From contig JAJTYH010000003.1 of NCBI GenBank assembly GCA_021463465.1, positions 3,043 to 67,042 of the forward strand: a stretch of 64,000 bases of DNA, written 5' to 3'. The position numbers were made by a program, and so were the translations under genes. This document shows, one piece after another, positions 22,492 through 32,278 of this stretch (positions within the stretch are counted from its first letter, which is position 1; every line of letters starts with the position of its first letter). The DNA is from a bacterium. Its GTDB lineage: Bacteria > Patescibacteriota > Dojkabacteria > SC72. The notes beneath the pieces were generated by a model, which saw only the letters and a list, made by a program, of their open reading frames with translations, was not told the origin of the DNA and ran no database searches.

Positions 22492-23952
22492 CTACTTCAG
22501 TTCGCTCATATTGCTTCCAGAGGAGACATTCACTTCCAGCGGAACATTGAGTTTAACGACATTTTTCATAATATCTTTAACCTTCTCACTGAATTCCTCT
22601 ACAAGTTCTTCTTTTACCTCAAAAATCAATTCATCATGAATCTGTAGGAGCATATAAGCTCTATCCCTGTATTTCTTCTGAATCATTTCATCTATCTCGA
22701 CCATTGCAAGCCTCATAATATCAGCTTCACCTCCTTGGATAGGCATATTAACAGCTTCGCGAATTGCCGCATTAAGCATATTTCGATTGCGAGAAGATAG
22801 TCCAGCAATATGCCTTGTCCTCCCAAACATTGACTGAGCGTATCCATACTTAAGTGCTATCTCCTTAGCCCGATTAATATAGTTACCTACCCCCGAGTAT
22901 GTTTTGAAATACTCTTCAATATACTGCTGAGCCAATTCACCAGAAATCCCAGCCAATCGAGATAATCCATACTTGGTTTGACCAAAAAGAATTGCAAAGT
23001 TAATAGTTTTACCCAAATTCCGCTCATCTTTTGTTATTTCACCCTCAGGTTTACCCATAACCCTTGCTGCCGTAGACATATGGATATCCTTCCCTTTAAT
23101 GAAATCTTCGACAAGCGCACTATCCAGAGAAATATCAGCCATAACCCTGAATTCAATCTGCGAATAGTCGGCCCCTACAATTTTAAAACCTTTTCTTGGC
23201 ACAAACACTGAGCGTATCTTCGACGCAAACTCACCTCGTGCTGGGATATTCTGCATATTAGGATTAATAGAAGAGAAACGTCCAGACGAAGAACCAGTCA
23301 TTTTAAAATCGGTATGAACGACAAAACCTTCACCTTCTGATTCAATCGCCATCAAAGGTTTGACATAAGTACTGTGAATCTTAGTAACTTCCCGATACCT
23401 AAGAACTAATTCAATAACCGGATGCAAAGATTTAAGCTCATTAAGGATTTCCTCTCTGGTACTGCGCTTCCGACCGCTCACAGGCAATGAAAGTTCCGTA
23501 AAGAGCACATCAGCCAACTGCTTTGGGGAATTCACATTAAATTCATGACCTATCTCTTCATAAATCCTTTCAGTGACAATCACCGTTTCTTTAGAAAGCA
23601 GTTTATCTATCTCAATGAGCCTATCCCTTCTTAATGTAACACCTCTCTTTTCCATCCTGGAGAGCACCCGTGCAAGCGGTATATCAAGAAAATTAGAAAC
23701 GACTTCGTAAGGAGTTAACCCTCTGCTTTTAAATCTATCCACTAAGAACTCAAACCATTTCTCGACATACTCACTATTTTCCGTATTCTTCATCTGAGCT
23801 TTCAACGCGTCAACAATTTCAATAAATGCTTTCCCTATTTTATTGGCATCACCCTTGTCCAGCTTGTCAGGCAAGGCTTTAGCTACAAACTCAAAAGCGA
23901 TTGAAGGCAAGTCGTATGATTTCTTACCAGAAGAAAGTAAATGGGAAAGCAA
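22492..23952 (-). CDS. polA: DNA polymerase I, C-terminal fragment (family A polymerase domain); frame stays open upstream to 24021
   Basis: Motif A is DYSQIEFRVMA, motif B is KTINFAILFGQTKYGLS and motif C is QIHDELIFE. The ORF track places the start at a TTG. Confidence 0.8.
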   Translation of the reverse strand: MLSHLLSSGKKSYDLPSIAFEFVAKALPDKLDKGDANKIGKAFIEIVDALKAQMKNTENSEYVEKWFEFLVDRFKSRGLTPYEVVSNFLDIPLARVLSRMEKRGVTLRRDRLIEIDKLLSKETVIVTERIYEEIGHEFNVNSPKQLADVLFTELSLPVSGRKRSTREEILNELKSLHPVIELVLRYREVTKIHSTYVKPLMAIESEGEGFVVHTDFKMTGSSSGRFSSINPNMQNIPARGEFASKIRSVFVPRKGFKIVGADYSQIEFRVMADISLDSALVEDFIKGKDIHMSTAARVMGKPEGEITKDERNLGKTINFAILFGQTKYGLSRLAGISGELAQQYIEEYFKTYSGVGNYINRAKEIALKYGYAQSMFGRTRHIAGLSSRNRNMLNAAIREAVNMPIQGGEADIMRLAMVEIDEMIQKKYRDRAYMLLQIHDELIFEVKEELVEEFSEKVKDIMKNVVKLNVPLEVNVSSGSNMSELK

Positions 23953-23987
23953 CTTTATATCGAAAAAGCTTTTTCCTTTAGCAAAGT

Positions 23988-25148
23988 CTACCTGTTCCCC
24001 TTTCCCACAGCTTCTTCGTAATTATAAAACCAGGTTTCACAGCTTTCATCGTCCGTGAAACTCGGAATAATCTCTGTGGATAAATTCCCCTCCTTATCCG
24101 CGATACATTTTAACCAAAAAGGCTCTACAGCTACCTCTTCCCGAGGAAAGTAGCCATATATAACAGTTCTCGGAGTGCCGACAGGTACAAAACCCTGGGA
24201 CTCACTATCGACCTCAACGCCAAACATCCCTAATTGCTCGCCCCTACTTTGCCTATTTGCCGATTTAGGAATTTTGGTGATTAAAGACCTAAATTCGAGT
24301 TTTTTAAATATTGTCGCCACTTCGTTTTCATCAAAATCACTTAACAAACAACTTTCGAGCTGTAAGTTCAAATCCACACTTTTATTTATTGTAGCTAGAT
24401 CCTTACTAAACTCAGCCTGCTCTACACCTTCCTTTAATAAAGTTGCTACTCTAGGCGTTAAAGAGGTTAAGTTTTTGTATATACCCCCTAGGGTACCGTA
24501 CTTATCCAAAAGATCTTTGGCCGTTTTATCCCCCACGCCTTTAATGCCCGGAATATTATCCGAAGCATCCCCTACAATAGCCTTATACTCCACAACCTGC
24601 TCTGGGTAATAACCATATTTATTAAAAGCAGCATTTCTATCGAAAATACTGAGATTACTAAAACTTCCCTGAGGGATACAAACCTTAACTTTCTTACCGA
24701 TAAGCTGCAAAAAATCCCTATCGCCTGTTATTAAATACGTATCAGTATCGTAATTCGTCCATTTTCCCCTCTCAACCCACTCTGAAATGGTACCTAATAT
24801 ATCATCTGCCTCATATCCATCTTTCTTAAGAATAGGAATATTCATCGCCTTAACTACCTCTTCCACTATTGGAAATTGGTCAATCAGCGATTGATCGGTT
24901 GGTTTACGGTGTGCTTTGTACTCTACATACTTTGCATGTCTAAAAGTTGGCTTACTTGTATCAAAAGCACAGACCACGTACTTAGGATCAAACTGTTTCA
25001 ACACCTGCAAAAGCATCACTGTGAACCCGTACACAGCATTTACCTGAACTCCATCAGACGTAGTTAGTGAAGCGGGATATGCGTGGAATGCTCTGTGAAT
25101 AATTGCGTTTGCATCAATCCCAATGAACAAGTCTTTACCCTTTGCCAT
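23988..25148 (-). CDS. polA: DNA polymerase I, N-terminal fragment (5'-3' exonuclease / FEN domain plus start of vestigial 3'-5' exo region)
   Basis: 386 aa with a 5' nuclease domain, conserved acidic residues and an H3TH. The ORF ends with TAG 35 nt before the downstream polymerase-domain ORF, which is in the -1 frame. Confidence 0.8.
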   Translation of the reverse strand: MAKGKDLFIGIDANAIIHRAFHAYPASLTTSDGVQVNAVYGFTVMLLQVLKQFDPKYVVCAFDTSKPTFRHAKYVEYKAHRKPTDQSLIDQFPIVEEVVKAMNIPILKKDGYEADDILGTISEWVERGKWTNYDTDTYLITGDRDFLQLIGKKVKVCIPQGSFSNLSIFDRNAAFNKYGYYPEQVVEYKAIVGDASDNIPGIKGVGDKTAKDLLDKYGTLGGIYKNLTSLTPRVATLLKEGVEQAEFSKDLATINKSVDLNLQLESCLLSDFDENEVATIFKKLEFRSLITKIPKSANRQSRGEQLGMFGVEVDSESQGFVPVGTPRTVIYGYFPREEVAVEPFWLKCIADKEGNLSTEIIPSFTDDESCETWFYNYEEAVGKGNR

Positions 25149-25172
25149 AGCGTATTATACTCTACCAACCAG

Positions 25173-27047
25173 TTACTTCTCAATAACCCTGTTAAATTCC
25201 TCCCTGCTAAGCTCTTCTTTCTCCATCAGTTTGGCCACTAATTTGTCTACATCAACCTTATGGTCGCTGAGAATCTTACGGGCATTTTTCTGAGCCAAAT
25301 CAATGATAGACTTAATCTCATTGTCGATAAGTTCCGCCGTTTTATCGCTATAATCCCTATCGCCCCCATACGAATATCCCAAATGAGTAGTCTCTTCCAT
25401 ATTTCCATATTTAACAAAGCCCAACTTTTCACTCATCCCCCAACGACGAACCATCAATTTAGCGATATCTGTAGCATGTTCAATATCCGAAGCGGCACCA
25501 TTACTCATCTCACCAAACCATATCTCTTCAGCAATTTTTCCACCCACAGAAGACTGAATTGCGGCGAAAAGCTGAGTCTTCGTCTCGTTCGATCTATCTT
25601 CTTCTGGTACATAAACAGTGACACCACCGGACATTCCTCTGGAGATCATAGAAACCAACTCCACAGGAGAAGATCCTTCAGTGAATTTGGCAACAACTGC
25701 ATGCCCCGCCTCATGATAAGCAACTCTTTTAAGGTCTTCTTCGGTTCGTTTGTTTTTAAGCTGCCTTCCAAGTTTAACTTTAAGATATGACTCCAAAAGA
25801 TGCGACTGAGTAATCTCTTTTTTGTTCTCTTTAGCTGCCATAATTGCAGCTTCGTTCAAGAGATTTTCTAAATCTGCACCCGAATACCCCACTGTTTTCT
25901 TCGCAACAATCTCCAAGTTTGTTTTTTCAGCAAACTTTTTATTCACCGCATGGACCTTTAATATATCCAATCTCTCATGGAAGTCTGGCATTCGAACAGT
26001 TATAGTACGGTCAAAACGACCTGGACGAAGAATCGCTGGATCCAATACATCTGGACGATTTGTAGCAGCAAGGACTATTACATTCTCGCGATCTTCAAGT
26101 CCGTCCATTTCAACCAAAATTTGGTTTAGAGTTTGCTCTCCCGCTCCAGAATGGAGCACAGTACCTCTCTTTTTTGCCACAGCATCTATTTCATCAATAA
26201 AAACGATACAAGGAGCGGCTCTTCTAGCTTTTTGGAACAAGTCTCGAACCCTAGAAGCACCTGCGCCAACCAACATCTCTTCAAATTCTGAACCAGAAGT
26301 ATGGAAAAATGGTACTTTAGCCTCACCTGCTACGGCTTTAGCTAAAAGTGTTTTGCCTGTACCAGGTGCACCAGCAAGCAGAACACCCTTAGGGATTCGT
26401 GCGCCTGCATCAGTGTACTTTTTAGGACTTTTCAAAAAATCAACTATCTCAATCAACTCTTCTTTAACGTCTTCAATTCCAGCAACACTATCAAAGGTTA
26501 CTCCAACCTTTTTACCAAAAAGCAGTCTAGCTTTTGACTGACCAAAATCCATAAGTTTACCCCCTGATTGCTGCATCCCGCGAATCATGTTGTACATCAT
26601 CACAAGTCCAACGCTAAGTAGAATCATCCAAATGATATCTGCAATAGAAATCTGAAAAGATGGCTGGTAAAAGTCATTTTTAAGTGTCTTAATGTCCACC
26701 CCAGCATCTGCTAAAACTGAATAGAAATCAGTACCTGGTTGCACCAAAGCAAACGAACGTTGCGTAGTCTTTATCTCAGTTCCGCCAACATTCTGGATAG
26801 CTTCTTTTGAGAGGATAACCATCTCATCTTTGATGGCAACTTTACTGTAATCACCTCGTGAAATATCACTAACGATTGCACTCAATGAAACCTCTTTCCC
26901 TCTTGCTTGTGCACCAAGAAAAAATGACCAGCATGTGAAAACAACAGCAAATATAATAAGCGAAATTAAGAGATTTGTCAGATTAAAGACCTTACTCTCA
27001 GGTTTAAACTTTACGATATTTGGGCTATTTTTTTCTTGTTGAGGCAT
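25173..27047 (-). CDS. ftsH: ATP-dependent zinc metalloprotease FtsH
   Basis: 624 aa with an N-terminal TM, an AAA module (GAPGTGKTLLAKA) and an HEAGHAV zinc-binding motif. Confidence 0.9.
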   Translation of the reverse strand: MPQQEKNSPNIVKFKPESKVFNLTNLLISLIIFAVVFTCWSFFLGAQARGKEVSLSAIVSDISRGDYSKVAIKDEMVILSKEAIQNVGGTEIKTTQRSFALVQPGTDFYSVLADAGVDIKTLKNDFYQPSFQISIADIIWMILLSVGLVMMYNMIRGMQQSGGKLMDFGQSKARLLFGKKVGVTFDSVAGIEDVKEELIEIVDFLKSPKKYTDAGARIPKGVLLAGAPGTGKTLLAKAVAGEAKVPFFHTSGSEFEEMLVGAGASRVRDLFQKARRAAPCIVFIDEIDAVAKKRGTVLHSGAGEQTLNQILVEMDGLEDRENVIVLAATNRPDVLDPAILRPGRFDRTITVRMPDFHERLDILKVHAVNKKFAEKTNLEIVAKKTVGYSGADLENLLNEAAIMAAKENKKEITQSHLLESYLKVKLGRQLKNKRTEEDLKRVAYHEAGHAVVAKFTEGSSPVELVSMISRGMSGGVTVYVPEEDRSNETKTQLFAAIQSSVGGKIAEEIWFGEMSNGAASDIEHATDIAKLMVRRWGMSEKLGFVKYGNMEETTHLGYSYGGDRDYSDKTAELIDNEIKSIIDLAQKNARKILSDHKVDVDKLVAKLMEKEELSREEFNRVIEK

Positions 27048-27064
27048 TAATATAGAGATAAATG

Positions 27065-27138
27065 TTAAAAATATGGTGACGACAGGAATCGAACCTGTGA
27101 CCTTGGGTTTATGAATCCCATGCTCTAACCTTCTGAGC
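27065..27138 (-). tRNA. tRNA with CAT anticodon (elongator Met or lysidine-type Ile2), CCA encoded
   Basis: Cloverleaf with anticodon loop ttCATaa and a G1:C72 pair, so it is not an initiator. The anticodon stem has an A31-A39 mismatch. Confidence 0.75.
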
Positions 27139-27181
27139 TACGTCACCAAGTGTCTGAAATTATATCATCAAAGGAAGCTTT

Positions 27182-27745
27182 CTAGCTATTGACCCGACCA
27201 GAATACTCTCCTGTCTCTGTATTCACAATAACAATATCTCCCTCATTAACAAAAAGTGGTACATTTATTTTTAAACCTGTTTCGAGAGTAACTGTTTTAG
27301 TCGGATTACCTGCGGTATTCCCCCTGACTCCATCTGCAGCTTCTGATACTTTTAAATTCACAGATGGTTTACGTCTAACATCCAGGACTTTACCCTCATA
27401 TTCAACTACTAAAGTTTTATCCCCCTCTTTAAGGAACGGTACATAATCTCCAATCATTGCAAAAGACAAAGATACCGTTTCAAATGTTTCTGAATTCATA
27501 AAATACGCACTCTTACCATCATTGTATAAATACTGTACAGACTTAGTTTCTGGTTCAAAAACTTCGACTTTAACTCCAGCTTTAATTGTAATTGTTGAGT
27601 TGTTACCTGTCTCAACACTTCGAAGCTTCAGTGTAAGGAGTCCGCCCTGTCTCCCTTGAGTCTTATACGCCCGGTCCATGATGTAATAATCCTTACCTTC
27701 AAGGCGCATATACATATCTTTTCTTGGCTGATCAGTAAATGGCAT
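27182..27745 (-). CDS. efp: Elongation factor P (true start probably M11/M13)
   Basis: Three-domain EF-P pattern, including ...YLYNDG..YFMNSETFE... and GNTAGNPTKTVTLETG..INVPLFVNEGD.IVVNTETGEY.GRV. Confidence 0.8.
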   Translation of the reverse strand: MPFTDQPRKDMYMRLEGKDYYIMDRAYKTQGRQGGLLTLKLRSVETGNNSTITIKAGVKVEVFEPETKSVQYLYNDGKSAYFMNSETFETVSLSFAMIGDYVPFLKEGDKTLVVEYEGKVLDVRRKPSVNLKVSEAADGVRGNTAGNPTKTVTLETGLKINVPLFVNEGDIVIVNTETGEYSGRVNS

Positions 27746-27816
27746 AAATTACGGTATCAAAACATTATGAAAAACCTTATATTCTACTATTATATCGCAA
27801 AACCTTGCAACTGGGT

Positions 27817-28728
27817 TTATTTTATAACAAGATTCACAGACGCTTCATGGCTAGCGTCAATTGCTCCAGATTTGGAAATTTGTTTATGTTGACCCGTGCA
27901 AGCACTACCTTTTTTATGCGTTACAGACACATTTATCGTAATTTGTTCTGGGAAACTTTCGGCGACAAAGTGGTTGACTGATACATCCTCACAATTTTGA
28001 GACGCGCCTGTTAATGTGTAGTGCCATTTAGTACCGTCATGTGAATAATGTAGAGTATAACCATGTGAAGTGATTTCCTTTTCAGTCGCCTGACTCGGTT
28101 TGTAATTTTTCAAATCATTAAAACTTCCACCAGTATCATGAGGTTTATTTGCTACAGGTGTACTATCTGGTGAATAGATATTGCAAACTGCCTCGCATGA
28201 AAACATATCTCCACTAAGTGGGTTATGAGGAGGCAGATACTTGCATCCATCAACCTTAGATTTATATCCAACACTTGAAATTGACTTATCCAAAGAAGAT
28301 ATCAAAGAACGAATTGAAGATTTAACAGCATGGCTTGACGTTGAGTCCGCTCCTAATTCTTTTAAGTACCTTGCTAAATCTTCACGGATATCCGCCATTT
28401 TCTTAACTTTAGGATCAGTTTTTGTTGCGTCCTCTACTTGGCATTTTACATATTTATCTGTATTAGGGACGCACACATTAGAATTTGCTTTCGCCATTAC
28501 AACACTTCCGCCATGTTTGCAGACACACTTCGTAGGCAAACATACTGACTTTTCACCAGCACCACATGCCCTGCCTTGACTACAAGTACTAGGTAAGAAT
28601 GCAGCATTAGAGTCACTTGCCCCCAAAAAACCAGAACTGTTCATATACCATCCAGCGCACAGCAATAAGATAAAAAGTACCCCACCGATTATCATTACAA
28701 TCTTTGACTTTTTGCTCACTGTCTTCAT
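27817..28728 (-). CDS. Secreted/membrane-anchored cysteine-rich hypothetical protein
   Basis: 303 aa with an N-terminal signal or TM anchor and many Cys residues. Confidence 0.5.
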   Translation of the reverse strand: MKTVSKKSKIVMIIGGVLFILLLCAGWYMNSSGFLGASDSNAAFLPSTCSQGRACGAGEKSVCLPTKCVCKHGGSVVMAKANSNVCVPNTDKYVKCQVEDATKTDPKVKKMADIREDLARYLKELGADSTSSHAVKSSIRSLISSLDKSISSVGYKSKVDGCKYLPPHNPLSGDMFSCEAVCNIYSPDSTPVANKPHDTGGSFNDLKNYKPSQATEKEITSHGYTLHYSHDGTKWHYTLTGASQNCEDVSVNHFVAESFPEQITINVSVTHKKGSACTGQHKQISKSGAIDASHEASVNLVIK

Positions 28729-28790
28729 CTGTTAATGCTTGAAAGTTAAGTTAAGAATAAAGTAACAAAAGGGACATGGTTATGCAATCC

Positions 28791-29825
28791 CTATTTTAAG
28801 CTTATTGTTCCAAAAAATGTTAATACTTTGGAGTACGCAGTAACGATAAAGGTATCAATAGCTAAAAGCCAGTCAACCCCTTTATCAATAACTGCAATTG
28901 CATCGATGGTACCCTGTAACTTTTCAGTGTCAATACCTAAAACATCATCTTGAAATAGAACAAGCTGGTTTGGATTATCCTGGGTTCCAAGTACCTCTTT
29001 ACCTAGTACGCTGTTTTGAAGTTCCTCTTCAGCCGTCGTTACTCTTTCCGAAGTGATTATATATGATATGACAGGAAACTCTTTAATAATATTTGTGCCT
29101 TTACCGTCATTGGCTAATACCATTGAAGTTGGGAGGAATTCTACCTGCGTAAGTCCAGCACTTTTCGATTTAAAATATACTGTACCAAAAACCCCACTCT
29201 CTTTATCAAATCCAGGATGTGGTAATCCGCCAGTAAGTCGAGAATAGCCAGTTTCGTTATTAATCTCTTTCTGAATAAATACATTGGCAAAAGATTCTGA
29301 AGTGGTAATATCTACTACTTCAATTTTTTCAGGGTCAAAAGCTAAATCGGCTTGTACTGCATTAATTGGAGTCTTAACGCCAGAAATCTCAATTTTCATT
29401 GGAAATATCTCTCCTATCTTATACTGTGACTTATCAGGAATCACGAAAGAAACTGTCTTTGGTACTTTAATCAAACCAAGCGATTCAATTACCTGACGCT
29501 CAATAAACACCACAGCAACTGAAAGGACTGTTACCATAAATACTAGGAGCCCATTATAAAGAGATGAGGTTAATGTCTTTGGTTCAACGCCTTGAGATTT
29601 GAGGACTTTTTCATGGCACAATCTACACATCTGCCCATCTTCACGTGAACGACACGAGAAGCATACTAACGATTTTGGGAAAAATAACCACCATATTGGA
29701 TAGGCTGCCGCTACGAAAAGTCCGAAGATACTAAATAAGTGAACAAGCACCCATGATAATGGTATGTATAGCACAAAACGTAAAAAAGATAGGAAAAGTG
29801 CTGGTTTTAACTCGAGTTTTTCCAT
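28791..29825 (-). CDS. Membrane protein with CxxC pairs and a cohesin-like beta-sandwich ectodomain
   Basis: Two N-terminal TM helices are followed by CFSC...CRLC and a further TM. The ectodomain segment VSFVIPDKSQYKIGEIFPMKIEISGVKTPINAVQADLAFDPEKIEVVDI resembles a cohesin module. Confidence 0.45.
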   Translation of the reverse strand: MEKLELKPALFLSFLRFVLYIPLSWVLVHLFSIFGLFVAAAYPIWWLFFPKSLVCFSCRSREDGQMCRLCHEKVLKSQGVEPKTLTSSLYNGLLVFMVTVLSVAVVFIERQVIESLGLIKVPKTVSFVIPDKSQYKIGEIFPMKIEISGVKTPINAVQADLAFDPEKIEVVDITTSESFANVFIQKEINNETGYSRLTGGLPHPGFDKESGVFGTVYFKSKSAGLTQVEFLPTSMVLANDGKGTNIIKEFPVISYIITSERVTTAEEELQNSVLGKEVLGTQDNPNQLVLFQDDVLGIDTEKLQGTIDAIAVIDKGVDWLLAIDTFIVTAYSKVLTFFGTISLK

Positions 29826-30403
29826 TCGGAGTAGTATAACAAAATTGAGAAATCAAAGATATCACACTTCCTATCCCCATTTACATCACATCCAGTCCAC
29901 ACAACTTCTTGAGGCGAAGTCAGTGTTTCCTTTGATATAAAAAGGTTCCAGCTACTATTCCAAGACTTCACAAATCGAATAAACTCGTCAGCAACCAACC
30001 AACCGTCCCTATTAATATCATAAGATCTAAGTAATAATGGCAACCTTAAAAGTGGTATGGGTTCAAACGTTGATGTCACAGGTGGCGATAATGTGGGAGA
30101 TGAGACAGGTGGGTTTGGAGTAATTGGAGGGTTTGGAAAAACACATGCACTGAAATCAAACGCACAGCTAGCATCACAAAAAGTCTCTCCCTTACCCATA
30201 CCGTAATCTTGGCAACTATACTGCAAGCCCAGAACTTGCTCACATTCCTCTTGCCCTTCCACAACCCCGTCGCCACACACACTAAGATCAACCGATGCTC
30301 CAATAGTGGAATCAGACTGCGCAAGGATAGAGGATATATATGAAAAAACCGAAAAGAATAAAATTGCCAATACACTAATTAGAGCTGTAATACTTCTGCT
30401 CAT
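29807..30403 (-). CDS. Secreted Cys-rich protein with two dockerin-like Ca-binding repeats
   Basis: Signal peptide, then a CGDGVVEGQEECE Cys-rich repeat and a Pro-rich linker. Two dockerin-like repeats follow: DINRDGWLVADE and DVNGDRKCDIFD, with Ca-binding positions 1, 3, 5, 9 and 12 filled by D/N/D/x/D(E). Confidence 0.5.
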   Translation of the reverse strand: MSRSITALISVLAILFFSVFSYISSILAQSDSTIGASVDLSVCGDGVVEGQEECEQVLGLQYSCQDYGMGKGETFCDASCAFDFSACVFPNPPITPNPPVSSPTLSPPVTSTFEPIPLLRLPLLLRSYDINRDGWLVADEFIRFVKSWNSSWNLFISKETLTSPQEVVWTGCDVNGDRKCDIFDFSILLYYSEWKNSS

Positions 30404-30408
30404 GAATA

Positions 30409-31017
30409 CTACTTTTCATCTGATTTCTTAGCCTTAATCTCGATATTAAAGTACTTTTTGAACAATAGCATACCTACACCTGCGCCTAGTAAGATTGAAA
30501 CTCTTTGTGGCCAAGGAGCATACAGATTCCATAAGGATACAGCGCGATAGTACACTCCCATTACAACATTCGCTGGATCAACTACAAAATATAACTTCGA
30601 AGCAGCTGCAATCCCTACAGTAGAGCCTTCTCCATTAACTTTCTTAACAGGAGAAGCTTCAAGGTAAGCGAAATAATCACCAGGGACTACTTTAAGAGGT
30701 ACATCCAAGGTTATTTCAACTACCTGAGATTCGTTGGGTTTAAGGTGGAATTGAGAAGGACTAAAAGAAAACCATTCCGCTGCGGGTTTTTGTTCTGGTT
30801 GCTGCTCATGATAAGTCACAGAAACCGTATAATCACCTTCTTCGTCCCCTGTATTCAAGACGGCAATTTGAGGTAGTTTGTAAATAATTCCAGGTTTTAG
30901 TTTTTCCTCCACAACTATTTTACCCGTTCCGACTCCAACGCCGATAGAGGCAAAAATATTGCCAGAAAACACAAATACCATTAGGAAGACTAGGAGAATC
31001 AGACCGTATTTATTCAT
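30409..31017 (-). CDS. Cell-surface protein with signal peptide and C-terminal TM anchor
   Basis: 202 aa with an N-terminal signal, a beta-rich domain and a C-terminal hydrophobic anchor followed by a basic tail (KKSDEK). Confidence 0.5.
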   Translation of the reverse strand: MNKYGLILLVFLMVFVFSGNIFASIGVGVGTGKIVVEEKLKPGIIYKLPQIAVLNTGDEEGDYTVSVTYHEQQPEQKPAAEWFSFSPSQFHLKPNESQVVEITLDVPLKVVPGDYFAYLEASPVKKVNGEGSTVGIAAASKLYFVVDPANVVMGVYYRAVSLWNLYAPWPQRVSILLGAGVGMLLFKKYFNIEIKAKKSDEK

Positions 31018-31031
31018 ATACTAACTATTCT

Positions 31032-31544
31032 TTAATCCGCAACAGCCTGTACTATAACATCAACGGATTGCGATGTATAGGAAGAAGAAGATGAAGGAGT
31101 TAATAGCTGTAGATGGAAAGTTTGAGTACCACTTGTAGCAACCGAGTTGGCAAGTGTCTGATAGCTTGTCGTTAGAGCAGTATAGTTGGTGGGTGGTGTA
31201 TTGCAGGTAGCAACACAAAATCTATGCACATATTGATCAGCTCCAATAGAGGATGCAAGCGTCCAAGCAGTACTATTTTGGCCCCTTATGTTGAAATCTT
31301 CAGCGACATTACCGTTATTTGTTGCTGTCTGCATGTCATTGACATCACCAGTAATTGTCGATCTAGAAGTGCTGACTGCCATTATACCGTAAGCAATACT
31401 ACCATCGCTAACCGTTACTGAGATATTTTGAGCAGTTACAGTCGCAGCAACAGTGCCAGTATCAGCAGCGTATGCCATAAATCCTGAAAACATAGTAACT
31501 AGTATTAGATAACCAGCAATAATTTTCTTCGAAAGCTTCATATT
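31032..31544 (-). CDS. Secreted S/T-rich protein (WxL-like motif AWTL); start taken at internal MKLSKK signal peptide
   Basis: The ORF-track start (31655) overlaps the tRNA. The internal Met gives a canonical signal peptide (MKLSKKIIAGYLILVTMFSGFMAYA). Confidence 0.4.
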   Translation of the reverse strand, partial: NMKLSKKIIAGYLILVTMFSGFMAYAADTGTVAATVTAQNISVTVSDGSIAYGIMAVSTSRSTITGDVNDMQTATNNGNVAEDFNIRGQNSTAWTLASSIGADQYVHRFCVATCNTPPTNYTALTTSYQTLANSVATSGTQTFHLQLLTPSSSSSYTSQSVDVIVQAVAD

Positions 31545-31628
31545 CAAAAAATAAAAGTAAATCTGACGCTTAAAATTATCTGAATAACGAGAGTTAGTCA
31601 ACAAGCAAACTTTATAGGGTATTAAGAT

Positions 31629-31703
<75 letters not shown>

Positions 31704-31762
31704 TTAACAACTACGCTACGAGATTATATAGGAAATTTCTCGTATCTTCAATTAAATATTAA

Positions 31763-32215
31763 CTACATACCGTAAATAAAAAAATCTTTCCACGTTTCGG
31801 AAACGCTCTTTTCCTCAGGAATCTTTGCAACTCCAAGTTTTAGAATACTCTCTAATTCTTTTTTAGCTAGATTTAAGGATTGATCTGATAGAACAAAGAT
31901 AACCTCTCCTCTTTTCGAGTAATTCAGCCGATTACGAATATCAGTTTCTGTATAATCATCCGTCTCGATACGTGTTTTATCCAATATCAGGGATATATTT
32001 TTTAATCTCAGATCAGTAACTTCTTCCCTTGCCCTATTAAGTATAGCCATTTTATCTTTGGCAATTTGAATCGAGCGAAAGCTGTTAAATAATAAGAAAA
32101 TTGAAAACACAATAAATCCAATCAAAATAAGTAAATTAACAAAGTATGAAAACCCAGAAGCGCTTTGCAGTGTAGAAGACTGATTTTTCTGTTTCTTAAA
32201 AAGTATTTCCTGCAT
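31763..32215 (-). CDS. Small bitopic membrane protein with coiled coil (FtsB/DivIC-like?)
   Basis: 150 aa with a single TM near the N-terminus, followed by heptad-like periodicity. Confidence 0.4.
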   Translation of the reverse strand: MQEILFKKQKNQSSTLQSASGFSYFVNLLILIGFIVFSIFLLFNSFRSIQIAKDKMAILNRAREEVTDLRLKNISLILDKTRIETDDYTETDIRNRLNYSKRGEVIFVLSDQSLNLAKKELESILKLGVAKIPEEKSVSETWKDFFIYGM

Positions 32216-32278
32216 ACTTTCAAATAGTAGCTTAAAGCTTGTTTTAATACAACAAAGTGTTAAAATGCACCCTATAAA

